Source: Eledone cirrhosa | Taxonomy: Eukaryota | DNA: 64,000 nt | Assembly (NCBI GenBank): GCA_964016885.1 | Contig: OZ024740.1 | Span: 176,948,001 to 177,012,000 of the forward strand | Reading direction: 5' to 3' | Shown here: positions 39,800-55,655 of the stretch, piece after piece | Layout: the number at the start of each line of letters is the position of its first letter | How positions within the stretch are numbered: position 1 is the first letter of the stretch | The notes under the pieces: generated by a model | The model's input: the letters and a program-made list of their open reading frames with translations, nothing else | Databases searched by the model: none | Told to the model about the DNA's origin: nothing | Made by a program: the position numbers and the translations under genes

Positions 39800-40110
39800 A
39801 GTGCTTATCTAGGGCGGGTAAAATTCACGAGATCCATGGACGAGTTCTCTCCAACGGTCTCTGTCCCTTATTATCGCTCTCATGTCCTGTGTCTCCAAGA
39901 GACCAGTGTCTGTCCTTAGGGCATCAACATATGTCAACCTCGGTCTCCCTCTTCTAGTGTGTCCATGCAGGGGCTCCCACAAGACCAGTGAGTGCAGTGT
40001 CAACTCTGGATGTCGGTGAACATGTCCAGCTAACCTCAGTCCCCTCTGTGTTACTTCGAGCTGACTTTTGGGAGGCTCCTGTAAAGCTCTGAGTTATTCA
40101 TCCTTAGTTG
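39800..40110 (-). mobile_element. RTE-group LINE 3' fragment
   Basis: LRLAGHVHRHPE...LVLWEPLHGHTRRGRPRLTYVDALRTDTG. Confidence 0.7.
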
Positions 40111-40742
40111 TTACTGAGTAATTATTAATAACAATATACCGCATTTGCCGGCCTATATTTAACGTTATGATTTCGCGTTTACAGGCATCTTTATGCACCA
40201 CGTCCAAAATTCACAGTTTTACACTCTTCTGGGGCGCTCTAGGAACGTAACCCCCCGCGAACACCGGGAGAGAACTGTATTCTTTTGCCAAGAGTCATAG
40301 CTTTATAGGTAAAATCGACACAATTATAAGGAGGGAAATAAGTCGGAAGAAAGAGTTGATAATTAAAAAACGTGAGAGTTTCAAAGCAAGGTAAAAAAAA
40401 AAGGTGAAATAAGAAGACACGCTGTGGACAAAATATCTGCCCCTATACGTACAAAATATGTGTACAATGGAAATATTTACGCTGAATGTAAATAAAAACT
40501 CCGATTGTGCATTGTTGCATAATAAATGCAGACAATAGATGTTGTACGCTCTCCTGCTGCATTGTGGCCGAAACTCGAGTACTGGTATATATTTATGGTA
40601 CCCATATACGTGTGTTGTATTGAGGCAAGTAACTTTGTGTCTACTCTGGGATTTTTACATAACCTTACCTATTGAGTACGCTGAGATGCAACCGGTACTA
40701 GCAGTGAAGCCTTATGCTAATCCAGTCAACTTCTACTTCTTA

Positions 40743-41471
40743 TCTGTATATATATAAAGACGAAGTTTTCTGTATGTGTGTGTATGTGTGTGTGGACAAT
40801 GTTTAATGAGGGCTCATATATTCTAAACCATTCATGCGATTTCTTTGAAATGTTTTACAGAGCTTCTCCTTGCACAAAACCTATACATGATCTACAAAGG
40901 CTTTCAAAAATCGATAGTGGGGCCTTTGGAGACATTAAAAAAGTTTTGGTTATTTGTGTCAATTTTCGTGATTAAGTAAGACAAGAGTTATCTTTAAGTA
41001 ATTCGGCTCATTCGGATTTTAATTTAATCTTTGTACTTGAAACTTGAGACTAACAATATCATTTTGTATATTTCACAACCAGCAATATCTAACAGATAAC
41101 TAAGTTAAGTTATAGTTATGACATTGTATAATTTATCGTTTCAAGCTTGATGTTCATACATTAAGTGATGTCATAACTTTTACAATATTATGCTTTGTAC
41201 ATAATAGTGTCTATTATTTACTTCACTTCTCTATTTCATGATGCGCTTTTACTGTTGTATACCTAGACTGGATTTCTGTTGTTACATGGTATAACGGATG
41301 ACACCGAGCTCACATATTAATTATTTCGCTGTTATAGTGCCTAAGGATTTCATGTTTACATAAAGTACGTTTTTCTTCTATGTATTCAAATTTACTTTGT
41401 TTAGTTTAATGACACATCGAATGCTACATCGAAAGCTACTTGAACCGTCCAAAGGACGGGTAGGTTAGCTA

Positions 41472-41472
<1 letters not shown>
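40743..41472 (+). mobile_element. Non-autonomous Helitron
   Basis: A|TC start followed by tatatataaa and a microsatellite; 3' hairpin ccgtcc-aaa-ggacgg ~10 bp before CTAG|T. Confidence 0.65.
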
Positions 41473-41537
<65 letters not shown>

Positions 41538-41570
41538 GGAGAGAGAGAGAGAGAGGGGAGAGAGAGAGAG

Positions 41571-41604
<34 letters not shown>

Positions 41605-41884
41605 AATGTATAAGCGTATATATTAATTTGTTAAAAAGTTTTCTCTTGCATACATGCGAGCGCGTGTGTGTATGTTTGTATGCATGTACATAGGTAGTTA
41701 GGTAGGTAGGTAGATAGGAAGATAAGCGTACCCTTGCACGTGCGAGTGTATAAAATTGTTTGGGGTGGGGTTTATCCCTTGTCAGTTGAGAAACGCCGTC
41801 TCCATTGTCATTCTTGTTTATTAACAATATTAAATTCTTTTGTATTCTCTATCACCCTCCCTCGAGCACATAACGTCAGTAGAA

Positions 41885-41927
41885 TATCATCATCATCGCT
41901 ATCTTCATCATAGTCATCATCACCACC

Positions 41928-41961
<34 letters not shown>

Positions 41962-42520
41962 TAATCATCATTATCATCATATTCATCATCATAATCATCA
42001 TCATAATCACCAACACCACCACCATCATCATCATTATCATCATCATCATCATATTCATTATCATCAACATCTTCACCATTCTACTTCCTTACCAGCATCC
42101 ACAGATATTTTCCTCGTTTTTCTCCGCTTCTACCACCAACACTACCACTCCCTCTTTTCATATTCCCCCTCCTACAAGTCATCCTCATCATCCTCCTACA
42201 CTTCCTCCACCCCCTCCTCGTCATCATCAACCCCCACCCCACGCAACAAGCACCATCACCATCATCAACCACTTTAGTATCATCTTTCCTCACGAACATT
42301 CTTCTCGTCTTCCTCGTTTTCTATCACCTTCTCATTCTCCTCGTATTCAACATCATTCTCATCATCCTCACCATCATCATCATCATCATCATCATTATCA
42401 TTATCATCGTCATCAATATCAGCATCCTCATCATCATCATTATCATCATCATCATCATCATCTTCATCATCACCTTCATCATCAATTCAATCCCATCATT
42501 ACTATTTTCATCATCAGCAT
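41885..42520. repeat. (CAT)n/(CAC)n degenerate microsatellite
   Basis: Direct reading. Confidence 0.9.
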
Positions 42521-42660
42521 TACCAACATATTGCTAAGCTCTTCATTCAGCTTTTTGGACTAACTTCACTTCGATTTATTTTATTAATATATTATTTCAT
42601 TATTTTTTTCTTTTACTGCATTTAGTCATTAAACTGCGGCCATGCTGGGATTTGATTATA

Positions 42661-44523
42661 TTTGGCGATGGATCGGCGGTGGATTGGCGGTGGATTGGCG
42701 ATGGATTGGCAATGGATTGGCGGTGGATTAGCGATGGATTGTCGATGGATTGTCGATGGATTGTCGATGGATTGTCGATGGATTGGCGGTGGATTGGCGA
42801 TGGATTGGCGGTGGATTGGCGATGGATTGGCGATAGATTGCCGATGGATTGCCGAGGGATTGGCGATTGATTGGCGGTGGATTGGCGATGGATTGGCGGT
42901 GGAATGGCTATAGATTGTCGATGGATTGTCGATGGATTGGCGATAGATTGCCGATGGATTGGCGGTGGATTGGCGATGGATTGGCGGTGGATTTACGGTG
43001 GATTGGCGGTGGATTGGAGATGGATTGGCGATGGATTGGCGGTGGATTGGCGGTGGATTGGCGATGGATTGGTGGTGGATTGGCGGTGGATTGGTGGTGG
43101 ATTGGCGGTGGATTGGCGGTGGATTGGTGATGGATTGGCGGTGGAATAGTGGTGGATTGTCGATGGATTGGCGGTGGATTGTCGATGGATTGAAGATGGA
43201 TTGGCGGTGGATTGGCGGTGGATTGGCAATGGATTGGCGAAGGATTGGAGATGGATTGTCGATGGATTGTCGATGGATTGGCGGTGGATTACGCGATAGA
43301 TTGGCGATGGATTGGCGGTGGATTGGCGGTGGATTGACGATGGATTGGCGGTGGATTGGAGATGAATTGTCGATGGATTAGCGGTGTATTTGCAGTGGAT
43401 TGCCGATGAATTGGCGATGGATTGGCGATGGATAAGCGCTGGATTGGCGATGAATTGGCGATGGATTGGCGGTGGATTGGTGATCGATTGGCGGTGGATT
43501 GGCGATGGATTGGCGGTGGATTGGCAATGGATTGGCGGTGGATTGGCGGTGGATTGGCGATGGATTGGCGAAGGATTGGCGATGGATTGGCGGTGGATTG
43601 GCGATGGATTGGCGGTGGATTTACGACGGATTGGCGATGGATTGGCGGTGGATTGGCGATGCATTGGCGGTGGATTGGCGATGGATTGTCGATGAATTGT
43701 CGGTTGGTTGGCGATGGATTGGCGGCGGATTCGCGATGAATTGGCGGTGGATTGGCAATGGATTGGTGGTTTGTTGGCGATGGATTGGCGGTGGATTGGC
43801 GGTGGATTGGCGATAGATTGGCGGTGGATTGGCGATGGATTGGCGACGGATTGGCGGTTGGTTGGCGATGGTTTGTCGATGAATTGGCGGTGGATTAGCG
43901 GTGGATTGGCGATGGATTGGCGGTGGGTGTGCGATATATTGGCTGTGGATTGGCGATGGATTGGCGATGTTTTGGCGGCTGGTTGGCGATGGATTGGCGG
44001 TGGATTGGCGATGAATGGGCGGTTGATTGGCGATGGATTGACGGTAGATTGGCGGTGGATTGGCGGTGGATTGGCAATGAATTGGCGATGGATTGGCGGT
44101 CGGTTGGCGATGATTTGGTGGTGGATTGGCGATGAATTGGCGATGGTTTCCCGGTGTATTGGCGGTGGATTGGCGGTTGATCGGCGATAGATTGGAGGTG
44201 GATTGGCGATGGATTGGCGACGGATTGGCGGTTGGTTGGCGATGGATTGGCGATGAATTTGCGGTGGATTGGCGATGGATTAGCGGTGGATTGGCGATGG
44301 ACTGGCGGTGGATGTGCGATAGATTAGCCATGGATTGGCGATGGATTGGCGGCTGGTTGGCGATGGATTGGCGGTGGATTGGCGATGATTGGGCGGTTGA
44401 TTGGCGATGGATTGACGGTGGATTGGCGATGGATGGCGATGGATTCGCTGTGGATTGGTGATGGATTGGCAGTGGATTGGCGATAGATTGGCGGTGGATT
44501 GGCGGTGAATTGGCGGTGGATTG
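42661..44523 (+). repeat. 11-bp minisatellite GGATTGGCG(G/A)T, roughly 170 units
   Basis: Direct reading; runs directly into a SINE head. Confidence 0.95.
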
Positions 44524-44925
44524 GCAGAATCGCTAGAGCGTCAGACAAAATGCTTTGCAGTATTTATTGATGACTGTTTATGTTCAAATCCCGCCGAGGT
44601 TAACTTTGCCTTCCATCCTTACGGAGTCGATAAAATGAAGTACCAGTAATGCACTGGAATAAATGCTGCCTTGTGCCAAAAGTGGAAACAATTATTATTA
44701 TTATTTCGTTAGTTAGGGCGGTGGATTGGCAGTATCGGTAGAGCGTCGACCCCAATGCTTTGCAGCCCTTTATGATCTGAGTTCAAGTCCCACCGAGGTT
44801 AACTTTGCCTTTCAACCTTATAGGGTCGATAAAATAAAGTACCAGTAACGTACTTGGGTCGATTTAATCGACTTCCCCCTCCCCAAAAATTACTGGCCTT
44901 GTGCCTATATAAGAAATCATTATTA
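44512..44925 (+). mobile_element. Two tandem SINEs (44512-44700, 44717-44925)
   Basis: Family motifs. Confidence 0.85.
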
Positions 44926-45481
44926 TTCCTTCCAGATCTCTCTATCCCATTATCTCGTTTTCTATAACTTGTTTTTTAATTGCTTCCCTCCACTTTCTCC
45001 GTCTCTTTCAACCATCTCTCTTTCTCTATGTCTCTCTCTCCCTTACTCTCTCTCTTTCTCCCCTTCTCTCTTTATCTCTCCCTTACTCCCTCTCCCTGTC
45101 TATCTCTCTCTCTATCTCTCTCATTCCCCCTCTCTCTCTCTCTCCCTTACTCCCTCTCCCTGTCTATCTCTCTCTCTATCTCTCTCATTCCCCCTCTCTC
45201 TCTCTCTCTCTGTCGATATCAATCTTCTATAACTCTATCCTTCTTTCATTCTCCCTTACTCTTTTCATTCCACATATTCCATGTAATTCCTCTACTCCTA
45301 AATCCCCCTTTCACACGTTTTCCTTTCTTCCATCCATTCATACACGCGCATATGCTCACTCGTTCTTGCACTCAACGTCTATCTATAAATATCTATCGAA
45401 TAAAGAAAGATATCTATCTATATCTATCTATTTATTTATCACTCTCTCTGCCTGTCTATCTATCTATCTCTTTCACACATA

Positions 45482-45547
<66 letters not shown>

Positions 45548-45798
45548 CTATCGCTTTCTATCTCTATCTCTCTCTATCTATCTATCTATCTATGTATCTA
45601 TCCTCTCTCCATTACTATATTCTCTTTACAATAGTATTCTATTTCTTTTGCCGCCCAGGTGCCGTCACCCCGCCTCCCACCAAAAATTGAATCTGCACCC
45701 CCTACTTATGGCCGTGGTTATAAGGATGATGGGTGGTGTGTATGTATGTATTTATGTAAGTGGGTAGGTAAGTATGCATGTATGTATGTATGTGCTTT

Positions 45799-45867
<69 letters not shown>

Positions 45868-46119
45868 ATATATATATATGCATGTATATATATATATATG
45901 CATGTATATATATATATATATATATATGTATGCATATACTTATATATATATATTTATGTATGTATGTATATATATATACATGCATAAGCACATACATACA
46001 TACATACATACATACATACATACATACATACCCACATATATATGTACGTAGTAATACAGATTAAAATTTTAAGCAAAGAATTTCTGCTTTCACCCTAAGC
46101 GGACTCATATATATATATA

Positions 46120-46255
<136 letters not shown>

Positions 46256-46266
46256 TATATATATAT

Positions 46267-46353
<87 letters not shown>

Positions 46354-46383
46354 TATATGTAAATATATATGTATATGTATAGG

Positions 46384-46428
<45 letters not shown>

Positions 46429-46859
46429 TTGTGTATGTGCATGTGTACGTGTGTGTACATACATTCATACATACACTCACAGTGCTTGGTTCTTTTGTTT
46501 CCGAAGCTAGGCGTCGCGAGTGGCAATTGTTTTCCAAAAGCTTGGCTGGCTCCCGAATCGCGACATCCCTATATATAGTGGGTAGGGGGTAAGTATGCGG
46601 TAGGTGCTCGTAGAGTGTAATGGTAATAGTGCTGATGCTGGTTATGGTGGTGGTGGTGGTGGTGGCCAGTACAGGGTTTAATGTAGTTTGATGGAAAGGG
46701 ACAGGAGATATTATTTGGAAGATTTAAGGAAAGGGGTTGGCTGAGGAATTGTGAGTCATGGGGTATAATTGTGGACAGATTATAGAATACATAAAAAGAT
46801 GAAAAAATAAGAGGAAAGAAAATTGTCGCTGTATAGCTACTCGTGGTTTTGATGGTGTT

Positions 46860-47790
46860 TTTTTTTTTTTAAATTTTTTTTTTTGTTGCGTTTATGTGGT
46901 GGTAGTGGGTGATAATAGGGGCTGTTGCCTAAATGTTGTTGGTGGTGTGGTGTTAGCAATAGAGGTGTTTCTGGTGGCGGTACCGGTGGAGGGTGTGATA
47001 TGGTGATGGGGCTTATTGTGGTGGATTTGGTGGTGCTTATATTTGATGGTAAGGATGTTATAGTAGTGTTTGTTGCAACGATGTTGGTTATGATGTAGCT
47101 GGCTATGGTGTTTGTGATGAAGATGGTTACACAGCCAGTTATGGTGAAGGTTGTATTTCTACTGGGGTTGGTGGTGGGAGCTATTGGGATCGCTGTTGTA
47201 TTGGTGGTTTTAGCGGTTGACATGGTGATCTTCGTGCGTAGAGTGGTTGTGTTGGTGGTGCCTTTTGTGGCGAGTATGGTGCATATGGTGACGGCCCCGG
47301 TGTGGTGTGGGTGGTGATGATAGGAGTTTGATTGTGATGAATGTCGCAGAGATGATTCTAGAAGGGGTATTTGTAATGGAAATGGCCATACAGATAAGGA
47401 TGCTGTCGATAGTGGTTTTCTTGGTAATTGTGGTTATTATTCTGGTCACAGTGGTATTGCTGGTATTAGTGGTAGTGGTGGTGATGATAGCGATAGTGGT
47501 GGTAGTGATGGTATCAGTGGTAGTGATAGTGATAGTGGTGGTAGTCGTGGTGGTGGTAGTAATGTTAGTGGTGGTGGTTGTAACGGTGTTACTGATAGAA
47601 GTGGTGGTGGTGGTGGTGGTGATGGTAATGTTGGTGGGAGTTTGGATAGTGATGGGGTTTCAGTAATGACGACGATAGTGGTGATGATGATGACGACGAC
47701 GATGACGACGACGATAGCGACAATAATGAAGATGATGATGATGATGATGATGAGAGCGACAATGATGAATACGTTGACGACAACAACGTC
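46860..47790. repeat. GTG/ATG/GAC-rich low-complexity sequence
   Basis: Degenerate trinucleotide repeats. Confidence 0.7.
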
Positions 47791-48188
47791 CTAACCGAAT
47801 AAAATACATTTATGCCGAGGCTTTACTGAGTTAGTGTTATAGGCAGTAGAGCAGGGGAGAGATAGCTATGGTGACTCCTTATATTTATGATAGTGCTGGT
47901 GCTTGTGGTGAATATAACCGAGGGTTTTGATAGATTTTCAGTAATAATATTGAATGGTGTTATTGTTGTTGCAGTTGTTGTGGTGGAGGGAATTGATTGT
48001 GGTTATGCCTGTTCGTCGTTATGATATTTATGCCTTTTGCAAGGGTGGAGTTTGTTAACTGAGATGCGGGTGGCTGGTGGTCGTTGTAGGTGCATGCAGT
48101 GACTGCTGAGTGGTAAGCATAATGATGATGAGGATAATAATAATGATGATGATGGATGTGGTAGTGCTTGCTGTTGTTATTGTGATGG

Positions 48189-48247
<59 letters not shown>

Positions 48248-48289
48248 TATATATATGTAAATATATATATATAGGTATATATATATATA

Positions 48290-48606
<317 letters not shown>

Positions 48607-50953
48607 GGTGTATATGTGTGTGCATATTAGTGTGTGTTGAATGTGGTGTGTGGGTGCGCGCTCATGTGACTATATATAAACACATAAATTTATAAAAATG
48701 GTGGTGGTGGTTTCAATAGTAAGGAAGCTAATGGTGATAGTTGCTGCAGCCAGTCCTCGTGTTTTGAAATGATAGTGGTGGTGGTGGTGGTGGTGGTGGC
48801 GGTAATAGTAATAAAAGGTGTTGCTATTTTATATTCATGTGAAATAAGTAGGAATATAAAAGACATAATGCATATATACATACACACACATACACAACAG
48901 TTTCCCTCATATAACTTAATGGGCTCACTCTGATGGAGACATTAATTCATTCCTCGCATCATCGAGTGTTTGGAGACATCCTCAAACAATTCGGCTTAGG
49001 TCTGCCCTATTGCAGCTTCAGCTTCGATGTGTTATGTCCTTGAGCAAGACACTTTATTTCACATTGCTCCTTCTACCTGGAGTTGCGACCGATAGATCGT
49101 ATGAGCAATTGGAAAGACCGACGAAAACATTGTTCCCTCGGTCCGATTTGACGAAAGTCGATCGACCCTTTTATATATATATATATATATATATAGGTAT
49201 ACTAGTAATCGGTTTCTGCTACTCGAGTAAATACCTATCCCCTTATACAGTGAACAGTGTATTCGTGTAACGCTTTATCTAATTATATATATATATATAT
49301 ATATATATAAATGTGTGTGGGGGGGGGGGGTATGTGTGTGTATGTGTCTGTGTGTGTGTGTAAATATATCACCATTAAGCGAAGGAAACGTAGCAGGGAC
49401 TAAGAGTATCAGACACATAGAGGTGTGGACCGATCGTCAACTGTTTTACATGTCTTCAAACCATGTTTCGACATAGGATAGATGATAGCTAACATAATGA
49501 GTGTATATTAGATATGAATGTATATATACAAGTTTAATGGATATATAAAACTGTTATATAACTGAATTAGCCTTGTTACCATCTTAAACTAAGTATATTT
49601 ACTTACATATTATTTGGTCTGTATATATATATATATATCCTTACTTGAAGATGGTAACAAACCTAAATCACCTATCAAATTTATTTCATAAAACCGCAGA
49701 AAAGTCGCATCCATCGATTTTAGTAATTAGTATTAATTATCAATTCAGGATTTTGTTAGTAAACATCATAAGACCAGGATTTTAATCATCGAATAGTTTA
49801 GGTCTTTCTATATATATAACTGACGCTGCACAAACTACTTGTTACCAGCACTGGAAAAAAATTTGAAATGTTCTCCACATTTGTTAAAATAATGTTTAAC
49901 AAGGGCAGATATTACAGGACAGGCCGTAAGATGTGCGAAAAATAGCCCCTAACAGGTCCTATCAATCCCCCACCAGGTTTACTTGGTGAGGAGGGTGATT
50001 TTGGACACCCTGCAGGACAAAAAACAAAACCTGACAAAGAGCGGAAGAACTCATAAGAGTCAATGGCCATCCAAAAGTTTGTAAATATGTATATACACAT
50101 GTACCGCGCGGTTAAACCACTGGGAATGAAGGACCCCTAGCTTTTGTCAGGGCATTCTTCTAGGAGAAGGCAACTCAGGAAACTGGGATAACTCCGATAG
50201 AAAACCTGCGGCTCAGTAGTTACCGATGATGTTGATCTTTTCTTCTTTTCGGGTTATAGCTACTGTCGCTCAAAGAGTGGGATTGGCTCAGTGCACAGTC
50301 TTTACTCACTTTAAAAAAATATCTTCACGCACAGGCATTGCACGATAGAATTAATTAATAATTATTAAAAATGGTATATAATGCAATGGCCATACTCGAT
50401 AACGAGGGGGCAGCCATCATGTATGTATGTATGTGTGTGTGTGTGTGATGTGTATGTATGTGCGTGCAATGTTATGTATATGGATTTATAGAAACCCTAC
50501 CCTACAGATACGGAGATAAACGGAGAATGAATGAAAAGAAGAGAATGTGAAAAGAAATATTACGGGTGAGAAAAATGATAAATGAATTTTGCATGTATGA
50601 AATGTATGTAGTAAGGAAGATTTCTTTTTAAAACACAATATAGCCAGAAGGTACTTCCGTTATCATTGTATCTTACTTAGCATCGTATACAATATATACC
50701 AGATAATTTACCATATGTTTAACATCTGCTTATTATTAATTAACTTTTCTCTCTCAAATGTAAAGAGTACTTATGAAGTGCATTTCTTTACTTCACACTA
50801 CACGATCACCATGTGTATAGGTATGTACGTATGTATGTATGTATGTATCTATGTATGTATGTATGTATGTATGTATGTATGTATGTATGTACGTACGTAC
50901 GTACGTATGTATGTATGTATGTATGTATGTATGTATGTATGTATGTATGTATG

Positions 50954-50987
<34 letters not shown>

Positions 50988-51261
50988 TGTATGTATGTAT
51001 GTATGTATGTATGTATGTATATGCATGTTTGCTTCTATGCACAAATACATATATTCATAGATTCACGCATGTATAAACATACACATATATATATATTCAG
51101 GCATATATATATATATACATATATATATATAATATACGTATATATATATATATTGTTATAACTCTGGGGTAATATTCTCTATCGAGTGCTAAGCTGCATT
51201 CCGAATCTGCATTCGTTAGCTTGGCGGCTGCCAAAAGCTTCGTTGATGGTGTACTAAAATT

Positions 51262-51335
<74 letters not shown>

Positions 51336-51344
51336 TATATATAC

Positions 51345-51790
51345 AATACATTAACAGAGAAAGCCTTAAGCTATACTCTGACTGGCTACCATCTCACTCA
51401 ACAAACATTAGGATATACCTTAGTATAATCCCAATTTTATGTTTGGGGTGCTAACTATATGTATTTTGCGGAAAGCCAGTTGTATTATTTTATATGAGAT
51501 ATAATTAAAATTAAAATATATCTCCCTTTCCAAACAATTCTTTCATTATAAGATTTCTACAAGTTGGGAGAATGTGTCCGGGTTATGTAGAAGCCTGCAC
51601 ATTTTTCTAAGAACATATGCAGGTGGGCACTTATAAATTATCAGTGGATGCCCGTCAAACATTGATATAAGAAAAAATCTCTTACCGATGTCAGTTTTCG
51701 TGTCAGCAAATTGTCCCTTCTCGCATCATAATGACCGCCAAATTTGAAATTCCAGCAGTCTCAGAATGAGGAATTTCACAGCGTCACGAA
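51345..51790 (-). mobile_element. Diverged copy of the 26388 element with a decayed branched HHR (~51528-51650)
   Basis: Minus strand: gggcatcca-CTGATAA-tttataag...tcttataat-GAAA; shares tagttagcaccccaaaca and gcttaaggctt. Confidence 0.8.
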
Positions 51791-51991
51791 GCGGAAAAGG
51801 GAGGCAATCGCGAAACACAAGAAAGTAAAATAAGTTACACGTGGGTTAATTAATTTTTTCAACAATTTTAACCCTGCGTGTTAAGAACTCAATTAGATTT
51901 TAAGAAAATAAATGTATGCATGTAATAATTATACACGCATATAGGTATTTTCTTAGGCTAAAAACAGAGATATGATACCAATAAATGTATA

Positions 51992-52040
<49 letters not shown>

Positions 52041-52043
<3 letters not shown>

Positions 52044-52232
52044 AACGAGTAGGACCCCGACGGCTGAGCTCAAGCCGTTTCGACCGCTAATTCTGTCCAG
52101 AATTAGCCGTCGAAACGGCTTGAGCTCAGCCGTCGGGGTCCTACTCGTTCCTATTACCCACTCTACTACTCTAAGTATTGAGTACTTTGGTGCGTTATGG
52201 TCCACCTGGTTCCTTACCACATTTCCTCCGTT
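52041..52232 (+). mobile_element. Foldback element carrying the 3' half of an HHR; further copies at 54351-54410, 54426-54646, 55918-56120 (minus) and 56183-56360 (plus)
   Basis: ~113-bp palindrome followed by a shared unique tail; GAAA-cggct tgagctc agccg-TC-gggg; (TA)n flanks. Confidence 0.8.
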
Positions 52233-53166
52233 ATACATATATATATATATATAGGAAAAGAGTCAGGACAGCGACGGCTGAGCATCGGCCGTTTTGACAG
52301 CGAGATCCGAACTCATTGCTTTACTGGTATTTTATTCTATCGACTCCATACGAATGAGAGGTGTAAAGGTAACAAATTGTCCAAAGCTCTGCCGATACTG
52401 ACATCACACCGCCCTCGTTCTTTATAAAATGATACTAAATATTATAGCGTAAATATGTTCTCGAAAAGCAAATACAACGGCGTATACTTTTATTCTTTTT
52501 CTGGATCCAATCATTAAGAACCTAGCTTTTTAATAGGACGATTGTGTCGACTGAATTCCTCATTTCGGTGTTAGACATAATCTACCGTTATGTTTAACAT
52601 CAAGACATCGTCATTGGCCTCGTCCCTCGTCTAAAGTTCTGTCCGCCAATCTTGGAAACAATAAAAATGCCATGTGCTCTGGGGTTTCTCAACTGCTTGA
52701 ACCATAAATGACATTTAAATTCATGCTTCGTAAAATATGTGTGCGAACATCACATGAAAAAAAGATTTGCCAACATCTACCTTAATTTACTATCTAACTT
52801 CTTAAAAAGGAGGAGTGATATTGGATAATGTAGTAATATATAAGCAAAGCTCGAGGAAATGGTGGGATAGTCATAAATGGTATATTTTTTATTACAGTTC
52901 TAGTCAGCAATGGCTGCCATAGAGCTAACCGACATCTGGCTATAATAAAATGTATAAGATACTAAATTTAGGACAATTGTGAAATTACAAGTATATATTA
53001 TTTTAAACCACTGGTCTGCAGAACAATTGCGCGAGCTATCACACAATATAAAAACGAAATATCAGAGAGAGGATTGCAAATGTAAACTGGTTCTATCATT
53101 ATACACACATACATATATACATGTATACATACACACACACACACACACATATATGTATATATATAT

Positions 53167-53234
<68 letters not shown>

Positions 53235-53724
53235 AGATAGAGATGGGGAAAAAGAGAGAATGACAGAAAGAATCAGAGATATAAAGAGATAAAAAGGAAT
53301 AAGGAGAGTTATACAGACAAATAAGGAAAAGGGAGCGAGAGAAGGGGGGGGGGTAGAAAGAGAAATATACCTAAAAGGAATAGATGTGAGGAGAGGTGGT
53401 GGTGGGTGAGTGGATTCTGTCAAATTTAGTGAAGTGTGTGATATGGTGTGTAATGTGGCGGGAATGTGGCAGAGATCGGTCGGTATGATGAGAGAGAGAT
53501 GGAGAGCGAGAGAGGGAGATCGAGAGACGGGGAGTGAGAGGAAGAGAGGAAAACAGAGCCGTGTGTGTTTCAATATTGTTATATTATATTGTTATAAAAT
53601 TAATTTCTTTCATCGTTTCACTTTCTCATTCAACAATTCATTTCTGATGTATTTCCAGACCAATTGGCAAATGGACATGCGTGTGCCCGCGTGTATGTGT
53701 ATGTATGTACATATATAAGTTCGA

Positions 53725-53855
<131 letters not shown>

Positions 53856-53875
53856 TGTATATATATATATATATA

Positions 53876-53935
<60 letters not shown>

Positions 53936-53945
53936 TACATATATG

Positions 53946-54015
<70 letters not shown>

Positions 54016-54889
54016 TGTATATATATATATATATATGTATGTATATATATATATTGAGTGTGTGTGTGCGTGCATGCGTATAAGCATCCATGGTTTCCTC
54101 CCAATGCTATCGTACCCGGGGTGTGATGGCGATATGATTTCATTTGCTTTTAAAAATCGTCTTCTGATGTAGACTCACACCTCAAACAAAAACAACAATA
54201 ATAACAACAACCTTTAAAAGGAAAAGGAAAGTAGAGAAAATGGGTGAACCTTAAAAGACAGAACATTTACAACAATAAAAACAATAACTACAATAGTAAC
54301 ACAACCAGCAAAAAACACAAAAGGTAACAATATATATATATATATATATACGCACCAAAGTACTCAATACTTAGGGTAGTAGAGTGGGTAATAGGAACGA
54401 GTAGGACCCCTATATATATATATATAACGAAGGAGATGTGGTAAGGAACCAGATGGATCATAACGCACCAAAGTACTCAATACTTAGGGTAGTAGAGTGG
54501 GAAATAGGAACAAGTAGGACACCGACGGCTGAGCTCAAGCCGTTTCGACGGCTAATTCTGGACTGAATTAGCCGTCCAGAATTAGCAGTCCAGAATTAGC
54601 CGTCGAAACGGCTTGAGCTCAGCCGTCGGTGTCCTACTTGTTCCTATATATATATATATAAATATATATATGTATATATATATATATATGTGTATATATA
54701 TACAAACACACACACACATATATATATATATGTGTGTATATATATATATGCATATATATATATTGGGGGTAATGTGATCATGCAAATTGTCAGCCATCCA
54801 TTCTTGTGTCAATTGAGCCTTGTGTGATGATATATATATATATATATATATATACACGCACAACAAACATACACACACACACACACACG

Positions 54890-54940
<51 letters not shown>

Positions 54941-55312
54941 CCCCTTTCCACCACTGCAGCTCTACAACTAATATTGAAATACAGAGATTGAATAAAAATA
55001 AACAACAATAAAAATATGGGGAAAAAAGCAATTGAAAAGAATACATTGAAAGCATAGAGAAAAAGTAATGTTAAGAAGGAATGAAGAAGATAGATGGAGA
55101 CAGAGAGGTGTGTCGGTAGGAACTAAGAGGTAGATGGAGTGAGAAAGTGGGGAAAGGAAGGGTGGTGTGTAGAAGGTGGTGACTTTGAAAAGAAAACATT
55201 AAGGTGAGAGATGGGAAGGAAGTGAAAAGGGAATGGACGTTGTGAGATACGTAGGGATAGATTTTCGGCATATTTCAAGGTTTTAAATGGTCATTTAACG
55301 CTAGCACGCACA

Positions 55313-55381
<69 letters not shown>

Positions 55382-55616
55382 TCACATATACACACACATA
55401 CATATGCACATACATATGCCCAAATACACACACACACATATATATTCATACGGTCACGCACAAATATAATCAATCAACCGAAGTACATGTGTGTGTGTAT
55501 GTATATATATATGTATATAATGTGTATGTATATATATATATGAATCACAGATTTTAGCTAATTATATATATATATATATGTATGCATACATATTGCTAGA
55601 ACAACCGTTATATATA

Positions 55617-55651
<35 letters not shown>

Positions 55652-55655
<4 letters not shown>

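Noticed and set aside
40110-40280. Possible Tigger/pogo-like MITE end
   Set aside because: Only one plausible terminus found
41840-42277. His-rich ORF
   Set aside because: (CAT)n repeat
42652-44548. Trp/Asp-rich repeat-protein ORFs (MDWRWIGGGLA)
   Set aside because: Translations of an 11-bp non-triplet minisatellite, open in several frames on both strands
49570-49670. Short inverted repeat with a TTGAAGA-tggt aacaa acc-TAAA HHR-like trace
   Set aside because: Both core boxes are mutated and stems I and III are absent
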